Positions 7,424-15,756 of a stretch of DNA of 24,701 nt are shown here, one piece after another (the first letter of the stretch is position 1; every line of letters starts with the position of its first letter). The position numbers were made by a program, and so were the translations under genes. Below the pieces are notes generated by a model. It was not told the DNA's origin and did no database searches. It saw only the letters and a list, made by a program, of their open reading frames with translations. This DNA is from a virus (lineage: Duplodnaviria; Caudoviricetes). The stretch lies in IMG/VR virus record IMGVR_UViG_3300033067_001926, positions 1 to 24,701 of that record, one strand, 5' to 3'.

Positions 7424-8848
7424 ATGTCCATCAAGAACCTCTCGTCATACATCCCTTCGCTGGGTTTCCTCGACGGCATCGTCCAGAAGAACCAGCTCCA
7501 CTCCCTCATCAAGCTCCCGATGATCGAGAAGCTCCTCTACGGCCGGGCGTTTATGACGCGCACGCCGTGGGACGCTCACAACGGCGAGACCCGGACGTTC
7601 AACCGCGAGAGCACGCTCTCCGTGAACCTCAAGCCGGCGACCCCCGGCGTGGACCCGGTCGGCAAGTCCAACAAGTACGAGCAGTACAAGGCGCAGTGCA
7701 CCGCCTGGAACGACGGCGTGGACATCGACCTCAAGGTCGCGTCCGCCGCGCTCCCGGGCCACTTCGCCAAGAAGATCAACATCCTCGGGGTCAACTCGGC
7801 CCAGACGATGAACGGGCTGGACCGGCAGAAGCTCTTCGCCGCGTACCACGGCGGCCACGCCATCGCCAACAACACGTCCGGTGGCGGCACGTCCCTGCAG
7901 GTCTCGAGCATCCTCGGCTTCACCGAGAACATGAACGGGTCGCTGCTGCAGGACGTGTCCCCGGCCAACCCGAAGCCGATCCAGATCGGCGCGGCGACCT
8001 TCGCCTTCGTCATCGCAGCGACGGCGGCTGACCCGGCCTTCCCGTACGGCCGCGGCACCCTGACCCTCTCGGCGAACACCGCGTACAACGCCGGCGACAC
8101 CGTGGTCGCCATGGACGCCCCGATCGTCATCTACGCCGGCGGCGGGACCTCGGTCGACGCGATCAGCGACGGCGACATCCTGACGATGAAGGCCATCCGC
8201 GACGCGGTCTCGGTCCTCAACAAGTACGGCACCCCCGGTGTGGCCGGGACCGACTTCGAGTGCCACCTGGGCACCAAGGGCAACGGCGACCTGTTCGGTG
8301 ACAACGACTTCCAGCGCGTCATCCAGTCGCGCCCGTCGAACGAGTTCGAGAACTTCGTCATCGGCCACGCGCTGCAGTGCAACTTCATCAACAACAACTT
8401 CAGCCCCGACGAGGGCAACAGCGGCAACCAGCAGGCGAGCCGCCCCGACGACGCCCCGCTGGCCCGCCTCGCGGACGGCATCTACGGCGAGGTCGTCAAC
8501 AAGAACGGCGTGAAGATCGAGCGGACGATCATCTTCGGCGGCGACGTCGGCGAGATCCTGTACAAGCCCCCGGCCCAGTTCATGTCCGCCGCGGGCATGC
8601 AGGGCGAGATGATCGGCGGCTTCCAGGTGTCCGCGGACAACATGACCGCGACCATCGACGAGGCGATCCGCTTCATCATCAACAAGCCGCAGAACGCCCT
8701 CCAGGACCAGGTGAAGGCCGTTTGGGAGTTCATCGGCGATCAGGTCATCCCGAGCGACCTGTACGGCGGCGGCTACAACCCGAACAAGCCGGTCGCCACG
8801 ACCCGCAACGCCCGGTACAAGCGCGCCGTCGTCATCGTCCACGCCTGA
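7424..8848 (+). CDS. Major capsid protein (HK97 fold, with inserted beta domain)
   Basis: 474 aa after scaffold; strongest codon bias in the window; E-loop-like 'NGETRTFNRESTL'; C-terminal 'YKRAVVIVHA'. Confidence 0.85.
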   Translation: MSIKNLSSYIPSLGFLDGIVQKNQLHSLIKLPMIEKLLYGRAFMTRTPWDAHNGETRTFNRESTLSVNLKPATPGVDPVGKSNKYEQYKAQCTAWNDGVDIDLKVASAALPGHFAKKINILGVNSAQTMNGLDRQKLFAAYHGGHAIANNTSGGGTSLQVSSILGFTENMNGSLLQDVSPANPKPIQIGAATFAFVIAATAADPAFPYGRGTLTLSANTAYNAGDTVVAMDAPIVIYAGGGTSVDAISDGDILTMKAIRDAVSVLNKYGTPGVAGTDFECHLGTKGNGDLFGDNDFQRVIQSRPSNEFENFVIGHALQCNFINNNFSPDEGNSGNQQASRPDDAPLARLADGIYGEVVNKNGVKIERTIIFGGDVGEILYKPPAQFMSAAGMQGEMIGGFQVSADNMTATIDEAIRFIINKPQNALQDQVKAVWEFIGDQVIPSDLYGGGYNPNKPVATTRNARYKRAVVIVHA

Positions 8849-8888
8849 TCGGCTGGCATCCACTCCCTGACCGAGAAAGCCCACGACC

Positions 8889-9314
8889 ATGTCCGACACT
8901 TCGCAGACCATCCAGGCACAGCTCAACTACTTCAACGCGTCGTACGCCCACGCGGCGATGCCGCTGGTCAAGCTCGGCGACTTCCTCGCCGGCCAGCTCA
9001 AGCCGATCACGGACACCGACGCCCGCACGGTGACGGCCAACGTCCTCGTGATGGACGTGCCCGGCCGCATCGAGTCCGTGGTGGCGACCGCGGGCGGCGC
9101 GACCGGCATCTGCCTGATCGGCCCGGCGGGCGCGACGACGGCGACCCACCAGTGCGTCGTCGCCTACGACACCGACGGGTTCGCCACCATCACCTTCCAC
9201 GGGGCGGACGCCGTCACGGCCGCGAAGGTGACCTACAGCCTGGTGCCGTACCCCGAGAACCCGCACAACGGGGTCAAGGGCCTCGGTGCGATCCTCGCCT
9301 ACTCGCCGGTCTGA
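8889..9314 (+). CDS. Putative head decoration/accessory virion protein, 141 aa
   Basis: Follows capsid; A/T/G/V-rich; strong codon bias. Function from position only. Confidence 0.55.
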   Translation: MSDTSQTIQAQLNYFNASYAHAAMPLVKLGDFLAGQLKPITDTDARTVTANVLVMDVPGRIESVVATAGGATGICLIGPAGATTATHQCVVAYDTDGFATITFHGADAVTAAKVTYSLVPYPENPHNGVKGLGAILAYSPV

Positions 9315-9342
9315 TACAGTCAGGGCGGAGACACCACCCGCC

Positions 9343-9756
9343 ATGACGAAGACAGACCAGAAGGACAGCGCCCCACAGGCCGACACCGCGGCCATGATGG
9401 GGCGCTTCGACGTGCTCGAGAAGCAGGGCGACACCATGAGCAACACGCTGTCGAGGCTCGCCGACGCCATCGAGGCCATGAACACATCCGTCGCCTCGCT
9501 CGAGACCAAGTTCGGCCAACTCGTGGTCGGCGCCCCGAAGTCCGACCGGGCCCAGAAGACCCTCACCCGCACCGAGATCGAGGACATCCTGCGCAAGCGG
9601 CCGAGCGCATCGTTCCGGCTCCTGCAGGCCGTCCAGTCGCCCAGCTTCACCCGTAGCGTGGGGGCCATCATCCGTCCGCAGACCATGCTCCCGTCCACGT
9701 GGCAGGCCTTGCTGCAGCAGCAGGTCAAGCTCGAGGACGCCGACGAGAACCCCTGA
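9343..9756 (+). CDS. Hypothetical protein, 137 aa, N-terminal coiled coil
   Basis: GGAG at 9327-9330 before ATG 9343; TGATG overlap with the next gene. Confidence 0.7.
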   Translation: MTKTDQKDSAPQADTAAMMGRFDVLEKQGDTMSNTLSRLADAIEAMNTSVASLETKFGQLVVGAPKSDRAQKTLTRTEIEDILRKRPSASFRLLQAVQSPSFTRSVGAIIRPQTMLPSTWQALLQQQVKLEDADENP

Positions 9757-10169
9757 TGCTGACCCCGAAGCAACGCAGCGAGATCAAGCGCCATCTCGGC
9801 TACCCGCTCATCTCGGCCGTCGAGACGCTGCGGTCGGGCATGCTCCCCAGCGGTCCGGACGACCTCACGTTCGCCCTCGAGAAGGCCTTCGACAACATCC
9901 TGCCGGAGTCCGAGGCCATCGTGCGGGACCTGTACCTGCCGCAGCTGGAGTGCATAGAGGGGCAGATCGCCGACCAGCGGGGCGACCTCGCTGTGCTCGC
10001 CGTGGGGGCGACGCAACTCGCCGGGCCGCAGGGCATGTCCTCGGTCTATGACGAATACAGGCGCTGGGCGCAGAAGCTCGCCGACCTGTTCGGCGTGCCG
10101 ATGTACCGCCACAGCCAGTTTCACCACGAGATCGGGACGTTCTCCGGCCGCGTCATCGAGCAGTGCTGA
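9756..10169 (+). CDS. Putative head-tail adaptor (neck) protein, 137 aa
   Basis: MLTPKQRSEIKRHLGYP resembles the adaptor 'xTxxExKxHL' N-terminus; helical; position after capsid. Confidence 0.6.
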   Translation: MLTPKQRSEIKRHLGYPLISAVETLRSGMLPSGPDDLTFALEKAFDNILPESEAIVRDLYLPQLECIEGQIADQRGDLAVLAVGATQLAGPQGMSSVYDEYRRWAQKLADLFGVPMYRHSQFHHEIGTFSGRVIEQC

Positions 10170-10200
10170 AAAAAGAGGGCCCGCGCTGAGGCGGGCCTCT
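10169..10200 (-). terminator. Intrinsic terminator for the minus-strand block (possibly bidirectional)
   Basis: AAAAAA then GAGGGCCCGC-GCTGAG-GCGGGCCTCT: GC stem with one bulge and U6 tail on the minus strand, between convergent genes. Confidence 0.75.
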
Positions 10201-10215
10201 CCTCATGCTGTCCGT

Positions 10216-10632
10216 TTACTGGATCTTGACCGCGCCGTTCTCCTGCCACTTCGAGAGCAGGCACTTCTGGAGCGCCGGCGTGAACCAGGCGCTGCAGCCG
10301 AGACCGCCGACGAAGTTCGGTTGGGTCGTGTCCGGGCTGTACCACGAGAGGGTGCACGTCCACTGCGGGTCGCCCGCCGCGACGCAGGAGACGACCGCCT
10401 TGGCGAACTCGGCCGTCTTGATGACGTTGCCGCTCCATGAGGTGATGACCCACGCGCTCGGCGGACCCTGCTCGCGGAACCGGAGGTCGTCCGAGGCCGG
10501 CGGACCGGCGAGCATCAGCGGTGCCTCGCGGTCGATATCCGGGGCGACGGCGTCTTGCCCCTGACAGGTCTCAAGGGACTCGTCGCAGGCAACGGTGGAC
10601 AGGAGGATGAGGGCGGCGAGAATGTGTCGCAT
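10216..10632 (-). CDS. Cys-rich lipoprotein, 138 aa (moron-like)
   Basis: MRHILAALILLSTVA-C: basic start, hydrophobic core, lipobox-like Cys16; five further Cys; own -10-like TAGGTT and downstream terminator. Confidence 0.75.
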   Translation of the reverse strand: MRHILAALILLSTVACDESLETCQGQDAVAPDIDREAPLMLAGPPASDDLRFREQGPPSAWVITSWSGNVIKTAEFAKAVVSCVAAGDPQWTCTLSWYSPDTTQPNFVGGLGCSAWFTPALQKCLLSKWQENGAVKIQ

Positions 10633-10675
10633 TGCGCCCGAACCTATAGGGTCACGTGGCCCCCAGCAAGGGCAA

Positions 10676-11134
10676 TCACAGTGCGACGTTGCGCCAGTAG
10701 ATCGTGAAGTCCAGCGTGGCGCCCGTCGTCTTGGTCACCATGATCGGCAGCGGGTCGGGGCTCTGCGGCGTCTCGCCGAGCGGCCCCCCGAGGACGCCGA
10801 TCAGGAAGACCGAGGCGCCCTCAGCCAGTGTGTGGGTGCCGTACGGGTCACCCACACCGCCGGTGTCCCAGTCCGAACCATCGAACTGGATCCGCACGAT
10901 CGAGGGAGCCGCAGAGCAGGAGATCCACAGCGCGAGGATCTGCGACTTGAACCCGTCCGGGGCCTGCGGCAGCAGCTCGAAGTCGGTCCCCATCCCGCTG
11001 ATCTGGATGTGCGACCGGTAGATGCGTGCGCCGTCTGGGTTGCTGTTGGTGCCCGACAACAGGAGAGCCTGCTGGCTGGCGGAGGTGACGACCGCGGGGT
11101 CCGCGTCGGTTGCGTCGATGCTCTTGAAGGCCAT
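10676..11134 (-). CDS. Hypothetical beta-rich protein, 152 aa
   Basis: Start MAFKSIDATDADP is 2 nt after the upstream gene's stop and has an SD-like GGAG; the N-terminal part of the 259-aa track ORF is off-frame noise. Confidence 0.7.
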   Translation of the reverse strand: MAFKSIDATDADPAVVTSASQQALLLSGTNSNPDGARIYRSHIQISGMGTDFELLPQAPDGFKSQILALWISCSAAPSIVRIQFDGSDWDTGGVGDPYGTHTLAEGASVFLIGVLGGPLGETPQSPDPLPIMVTKTTGATLDFTIYWRNVAL

Positions 11135-11136
11135 GG

Positions 11137-11628
11137 CTACTCCCACTCCTGTGCGTAGACGTAGACCTGCGTCGCGCCCACGGCGGTGATGCTGGTGAAG
11201 ATGACGCCGACCGCTTCGCAGGCGCTGACATCGAGGATCGCCGGTTTCATCGACGGCTGGTCGACGGGCGCCCCAAGCCACTCGACGCCCGGACGGCTGG
11301 TGGCCGACCCCTCGTGGTCGTCGCGGGGAACGATGCTGAACCCGATCGCCGACCACGTCCCCGCGACCTCGACACCGGAGGCGTCCCGGAACTGGACCTT
11401 GATCTTGATCTTGGTCAGCGGTGTGCCGTCCGCTCGACGGGGCATGATGGACCACGCGAGCGCGGTGCTCGGGTCGAAGGTCCCATCCGCGGCGGTAGCG
11501 GCGAGCAGGGTCCCAGCGGTGCCCGCGTACCCGGGGATCGGGACGCTCGGGTCGGTGTAGTCGTCGTCCGGGTCCAGCCCGGTCTTGATCCGCATGAGCT
11601 GTGAGTGCGCACCGTTGAGCCTGGCCAT
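11137..11628 (-). CDS. Hypothetical beta-rich protein, 163 aa
   Basis: Start MARLNGAHSQ at 11628 avoids overlap with the + gene at 11650; TACCCT 5 nt upstream. Confidence 0.7.
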   Translation of the reverse strand: MARLNGAHSQLMRIKTGLDPDDDYTDPSVPIPGYAGTAGTLLAATAADGTFDPSTALAWSIMPRRADGTPLTKIKIKVQFRDASGVEVAGTWSAIGFSIVPRDDHEGSATSRPGVEWLGAPVDQPSMKPAILDVSACEAVGVIFTSITAVGATQVYVYAQEWE

Positions 11629-11649
11629 GCCGCAGGGTACCCTCCGGGC
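11629..11649. promoter_or_regulatory. Putative bidirectional -10 element (AGGGTACCCT palindrome) between divergent ATGs
   Basis: Reads TACCCT on both strands, 6 nt and 5 nt before the two ATGs; intergenic gap only 21 bp. Confidence 0.6.
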
Positions 11650-12264
11650 ATGGCCGACGACAACTGCGGGATCGACCCCTGCAAGCCGGGGCCGGGCAAC
11701 GTCCCGGTCGACGAGGCCAGCTACATGTGCTCGCTGGGGGTGCGGCTGCAGGGGACGCTGGACCGGGCGCGGCGGATCAACCATCGGCTTGGGATGCGGC
11801 CGTACCGGGTGACGCTCGTCTGGCAGGAGCGGGCAAGGCCCCGGGACTGGCGCGAGGTGTACCGGCTGGAGCTCACGCCCGTGCGGGTCATCGACATGAC
11901 CGAGGTAGGCCGCGACCTCGGGGAGTCGGGCAACTACGCCAACGGGAGCATCCGCCTGACCGAGGTCTCGCCGGCGCAGGTGTCCGAGAACATCCTCCGC
12001 GGTCAGCTGCCGGCCGGGGTGCAGTGGGGCGCCGAGACGCACGACCGCGAGTTCTTCTTCGAGGTCCAGCGGTACCGGCGGTGTGTCGGCGATGCGGAGC
12101 CCCCGCGCCACCGGTTCGTCCTCGGGTCGGAGGTACATCACGACGGCGAGCAGATGTTCTACAGCTTCGTGCTCGTCGCCCAGCAGGTCCCCCGCGGCCC
12201 GGGCGGCGTGGACAAGTCGCTCGCCTTGAAGCCGCCGAAGGGTGGCACCGTCATCGTGTCGTGA
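11650..12264 (+). CDS. Putative head-closure (stopper) neck protein, 204 aa
   Basis: Beta-rich pattern; next + gene after the adaptor; start MADDNCGIDP. Function from synteny. Confidence 0.5.
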   Translation: MADDNCGIDPCKPGPGNVPVDEASYMCSLGVRLQGTLDRARRINHRLGMRPYRVTLVWQERARPRDWREVYRLELTPVRVIDMTEVGRDLGESGNYANGSIRLTEVSPAQVSENILRGQLPAGVQWGAETHDREFFFEVQRYRRCVGDAEPPRHRFVLGSEVHHDGEQMFYSFVLVAQQVPRGPGGVDKSLALKPPKGGTVIVS

Positions 12265-12962
12265 TGCTTCCCCTCATCCTCACCGCCCTTGCCGCTGCTG
12301 CGCGGCCGGCCCCCTGTGTCCACGAGCTCGACGAGCGCCGGCCCCGGTTGACCCTCGCCGAGCAGGCCGAGACCCGCCGGACCCTCCGCATCGCCGTGGC
12401 CGAGCTCGGCGGCTCCCGGGACTTCGCGGCCCTGCTCGAGCTCGTGGCAGCCCGGGAGTCGTCGCTGCAACGGGGTGTCGTCCACCGGCTGGGGGCCGAC
12501 CTTGACGCCAACGCGGCGGCGTGGCGCAAGCTCCGGGCGTCCTACGAGGGGAACCCGCACATCGGCGACGCCTCGCGCTGGCAGGGCTACGGCCTGTTCG
12601 GCATGAACGCGGCGATCTTCACGCGCGTATGGGACCCGCAGGCGGATCCTCGGGACCTGTGCGATCCGCTCGTCGATGTGCTCGTCTACCAACGGGCGGC
12701 GGCTCGGGTGCTGGCGAAGCTCGAGCGGACGGGGAAATGCGCCCCGACGTGGGCGAACATCCACGCGGCGGTGTCGGGCGGCAAGCTGTGCCCGGCAGAC
12801 GGGTCGGCCCGGTTTCGACGCCGGGCGGCCCGCGCCGGGCTGGACCCTGACCGGAAGGTCACCGCGGCCGACCTCGGGCAGGCGCCATCGCTGGACACGC
12901 AGCGGGCCGTTCTGGCGCGCCTGCGGCTGGCGTTGAACATGCGGCGGCCGGAGGCGTCTTAG
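12264..12962 (+). CDS. Lysozyme-fold / lytic transglycosylase-like protein with signal peptide (putative endolysin), 232 aa
   Basis: TGATG-coupled start MLPLILTALAAAARPA; SLT-like 'VAARESS' (catalytic Glu) and 'GYGLFGM' (GLxQ-like) motifs. Confidence 0.65.
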   Translation: MLPLILTALAAAARPAPCVHELDERRPRLTLAEQAETRRTLRIAVAELGGSRDFAALLELVAARESSLQRGVVHRLGADLDANAAAWRKLRASYEGNPHIGDASRWQGYGLFGMNAAIFTRVWDPQADPRDLCDPLVDVLVYQRAAARVLAKLERTGKCAPTWANIHAAVSGGKLCPADGSARFRRRAARAGLDPDRKVTAADLGQAPSLDTQRAVLARLRLALNMRRPEAS

Positions 12963-12968
12963 AGGGAC

Positions 12969-13160
12969 ATGCGTACCGCCCTGCCAGCACCTGCGCTCCT
13001 TCGCCGGGCCCGAGTGCGTGCCGACTGCCGGCGCAGGAACGACCTCCCACCACGGGCAGTCGGCGACCTGCGATTCCCAGGGTTGAACGAACGCGTCACC
13101 ATCGAGCAGGCCCGCAGCAACCCGCACGACTTCATCCGCTACATCGAGCAGAACCCATGA
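12969..13160 (+). CDS. Hypothetical protein, 63 aa
   Basis: GAGGGA just upstream; ATGA overlap with the next ORF. Confidence 0.5.
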   Translation: MRTALPAPALLRRARVRADCRRRNDLPPRAVGDLRFPGLNERVTIEQARSNPHDFIRYIEQNP

Positions 13161-13330
13161 ACGCCCGCCGCGCCATCACCATCACCTGCTCGACGGCCGC
13201 CCTGATCGCCGGTGCCATGCTCCGCGATGTCGTCCCCGCGCTCGCGGAGGGTTTCATGCTGCTGGCGCTCGGCGGCGTGATCGTCATGGGCGGGTGGATC
13301 GCCGTCACCGCATGGGGTGGCCGTGGCTGA
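13157..13330 (+). CDS. Small two-TM membrane protein, putative holin, 57 aa
   Basis: MNARRAITITCSTAALIAGAMLRDVVPALAEGFMLLALGGVIVMGGWIAVTAWGGRG; coupled at both ends; missing from the ORF track. Confidence 0.55.
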   Translation: MNARRAITITCSTAALIAGAMLRDVVPALAEGFMLLALGGVIVMGGWIAVTAWGGRG

Positions 13331-14003
13331 CAGCGTCGTCATCGTCAGGGGCGGTCCGACCGGCCTCGCCCGCGCCATGACTCGGACCCTCGAGAACGTG
13401 ACGCGGGCGATGGACCGGGCGAGCGTCGAGACTGCTCGGTGGGGCGTCGCTCGGATGGTGCAAGAGACCGCGGCGCGCAAGGCCGATGCGACGGCCCAGT
13501 TCAAACGCCAGTGGAAGGTCGTCAAGTTCCCCGGCGGTGCGGCCACGGCGAACACCAGCCCCTACGCTGAGTTCGTCGAGCGTGGCCGCGGGCCGGGTCG
13601 CATGCCGCCTGTCGAAGCGCTCGAGCAGTGGATCCTCGCCAAGGGCATCCTTCCGAAGAACCCCGGGGCGGTCTCGGCCAAGCAGGCCCGGGCGGCCGTC
13701 TCGAGGTACAACAGGGTCACCGGCGACGTGTACGGCACCAAGGGCCAGCGCGCCCGCATCCGCAAGCAGATGCGCCACTACGCGACGGTCTACCGCTCGA
13801 AGCCCGCCCGCCAGCTGCGCCACCGGCAACTGCTCGCCGGCATGGCGCTGGGCATGACCCGCAAGATCGCCAAGAAGGGCACCAAGGCGAAGTGGCTGCT
13901 GAGGGACGTGCTGGACGAGTTCATCCGGCACGCCCAGTCACGGTACGAGGCCGCCGTCCGCCGGGTCGGCCGGAACCCGCTCGGTCGGTATCCCAAGGCC
14001 TGA
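13323..14003 (+). CDS. HK97-gp10-like tail/neck morphogenesis protein
   Basis: NTSPYAEFVERGRGPGRMPPVEALEQW matches the YAxxVExG...PP...W pattern; very basic. Start GTG 13317 or 13323. Confidence 0.75.
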   Translation: MADSVVIVRGGPTGLARAMTRTLENVTRAMDRASVETARWGVARMVQETAARKADATAQFKRQWKVVKFPGGAATANTSPYAEFVERGRGPGRMPPVEALEQWILAKGILPKNPGAVSAKQARAAVSRYNRVTGDVYGTKGQRARIRKQMRHYATVYRSKPARQLRHRQLLAGMALGMTRKIAKKGTKAKWLLRDVLDEFIRHAQSRYEAAVRRVGRNPLGRYPKA

Positions 14004-14951
14004 CCGCCGGAAGCGGAACACCTTCCGCTCCTTGTACCCGTGCATCGCCCTATCCATCCCGCCGACGATCCAGATCCGCTTGTCGCGCCCGCAGGCCTTG
14101 GCCTTGATCCGGTTGGTCCGCATGTACGCGAGCAAGCGCCGCGCGTCGGACAGCGAGAAGGCATCCCGGCCGATCCAGACGTGCCCGTTCCGGACCTCGA
14201 GCTCGAAGCCCTCCGCACGGAGCCCATCCGCGACCGCATCGAGCGTCCCGGGGAACTTCGCCATCCGCCACACCTGCGTCTCCTTGTCGTGCGTCAGCAC
14301 CCCCAGCCGCACGAGCGTGTGGAGGGCTGCCCCGCCGGCGATCGCCTTGGCCAGCGGCATGTCCTCCCGCTTGATCCCCTCGAGCTCGTAGATCCGCCGG
14401 GCCAGCTCGCGGCCACTGCCCGCGAAGCCGTTGAGCGTGCCCCGGTACTTCCAGAACATCCGCGTCATGTCCTCGCGCATCTCGCCGAGCGGCATCGGCA
14501 CCGCGAGATGGACCTGGTTCGGGCCGAGCGGCGTGCGCGGGCCGCCCCAAAGCAGAGAGAAGTTGTCGTAAAAACCCCACAGCGCCGGGGCGACAGCCGG
14601 GTCGCCGACCCGCCCCGCTGGGCAGGGGCGCACCGTCGAGATGACCCAGCGCAGCACGGCTTCGAGGTCGTGCATGGCGAGCTCGCCGGCCTTGATCGCC
14701 CGCCGAACGATGCCCGGGCTCACCCCCGCGAGCCGGGCGACGGTCTTCACGTTGTACCCGTACGTCCGGCCGTTCCGGCCCCTCCGCGGGAAGTCGGCCT
14801 CGTAGACCGTCACCCACCGGTGGCTTTCGCGGTGCCCCGGCGGCGGCGGCGGCCGCTGATACGGCGTCCCATCGGCCCGGAGCCAGTTCCCGTGACGTGG
14901 TGGCGGTGGTGGCGGGCTCTCCCCGCCCATCTCGATCGTCCCCTCAGACAT
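13938..14951 (-). CDS. Putative DNA-binding protein with MerR/excisionase-like HTH and further wHTH-like segments, 337 aa
   Basis: YNVKTVARLAGVSPGIVRRAIKAGEL HTH; start MSEGTIEM 8 nt after TGGTAGCGT; 66-bp convergent overlap with the gp10-like gene. Confidence 0.65.
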   Translation of the reverse strand: MSEGTIEMGGESPPPPPPRHGNWLRADGTPYQRPPPPPGHRESHRWVTVYEADFPRRGRNGRTYGYNVKTVARLAGVSPGIVRRAIKAGELAMHDLEAVLRWVISTVRPCPAGRVGDPAVAPALWGFYDNFSLLWGGPRTPLGPNQVHLAVPMPLGEMREDMTRMFWKYRGTLNGFAGSGRELARRIYELEGIKREDMPLAKAIAGGAALHTLVRLGVLTHDKETQVWRMAKFPGTLDAVADGLRAEGFELEVRNGHVWIGRDAFSLSDARRLLAYMRTNRIKAKACGRDKRIWIVGGMDRAMHGYKERKVFRFRRSGLGIPTERVPADPADGGLVP

Positions 14952-14991
14952 CAACGGGCACGCTACCAGATCGCGCCCCGCCTGGGGGCTG

Positions 14992-15021
14992 TTGACGGCA
15001 TGTGACCGACGCAGGTAGGCC
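14992..15021 (+). promoter_or_regulatory. Possible promoter TTGACG-N18-TAGGCC, 6 nt before ATG 15028
   Basis: Near-consensus -35, imperfect -10, no SD. Confidence 0.4.
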
Positions 15022-15027
15022 GGTGCC

Positions 15028-15756
15028 ATGGCCACGACCACAACGAACCCGGACGGCACGACCACCACCATCCCGGCCGGCGCCGCCGTGCTCTTCCACC
15101 CCGCGCTCATGGCCTACGACCCCGGCCGGAAAATCCCCTCGCTGTATGCCGCGCAGCTGGCGGTGTGCTCGCTCCTCTCGGGCACGGTCGCCTACGTGAA
15201 GGACGACGAGGCCATCGCCGCGGGGATCCAGCGGCCCGCCCGCAAGGTCGAGATCAAGACGGCCTACATCGACTGGCCCAAGAACGAGGCGCAGCTGGAA
15301 CCGGCCACGGCGACGCTGATGGAGGTCGACGATCAGGACTTCGGCGACGAGATCGGGGTCGGCCAGTACCTCGAGCACACCCGCGACAAGTTCGGCGAGG
15401 GCACGATCATCCGGCGCAGCTGCTACTCGACGGTCCGCCTCGTCGTGCACATGATCTTCGGCCACCGGGACGACCGGCGGGCGTTCCGGGCGGAGATGGA
15501 GGACTGGATCTGTGAGCCCACGAGCGACCGCATGGGCAGGCAGGTCATCGTCCCGGCCTACTACGGCGCGCAGGTCCCGATCACTCTCATGGGCCTGCTC
15601 AACCGGGACGACGGGGATGCCGCGCAAAAGAACATCTGGGCGCTCGTGGCGACGGTTGTGTGCCGGCCGCCGGTGCTACGTCTGGTCGGCCTGCCCCGTC
15701 CGCTGCGGCCCCGCTTGGATGTCGACGCGACGGTGCCGGACAGCGGCACGGAATAG
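15028..15756 (+). CDS. Putative tail completion/terminator protein, 242 aa
   Basis: Between gp10-like gene and sheath; alpha/beta pattern. Function from synteny. Confidence 0.55.
   Translation: MATTTTNPDGTTTTIPAGAAVLFHPALMAYDPGRKIPSLYAAQLAVCSLLSGTVAYVKDDEAIAAGIQRPARKVEIKTAYIDWPKNEAQLEPATATLMEVDDQDFGDEIGVGQYLEHTRDKFGEGTIIRRSCYSTVRLVVHMIFGHRDDRRAFRAEMEDWICEPTSDRMGRQVIVPAYYGAQVPITLMGLLNRDDGDAAQKNIWALVATVVCRPPVLRLVGLPRPLRPRLDVDATVPDSGTE

Noticed and set aside
3703-12971. Genome-wide TAG recoding (in-frame TAG at 3703; endolysin TAG in frame with ATG 12969)
   Set aside because: TAG ends several well-defined genes (6089, 11137 minus, 15756, 24604) and does not interrupt the large core genes.
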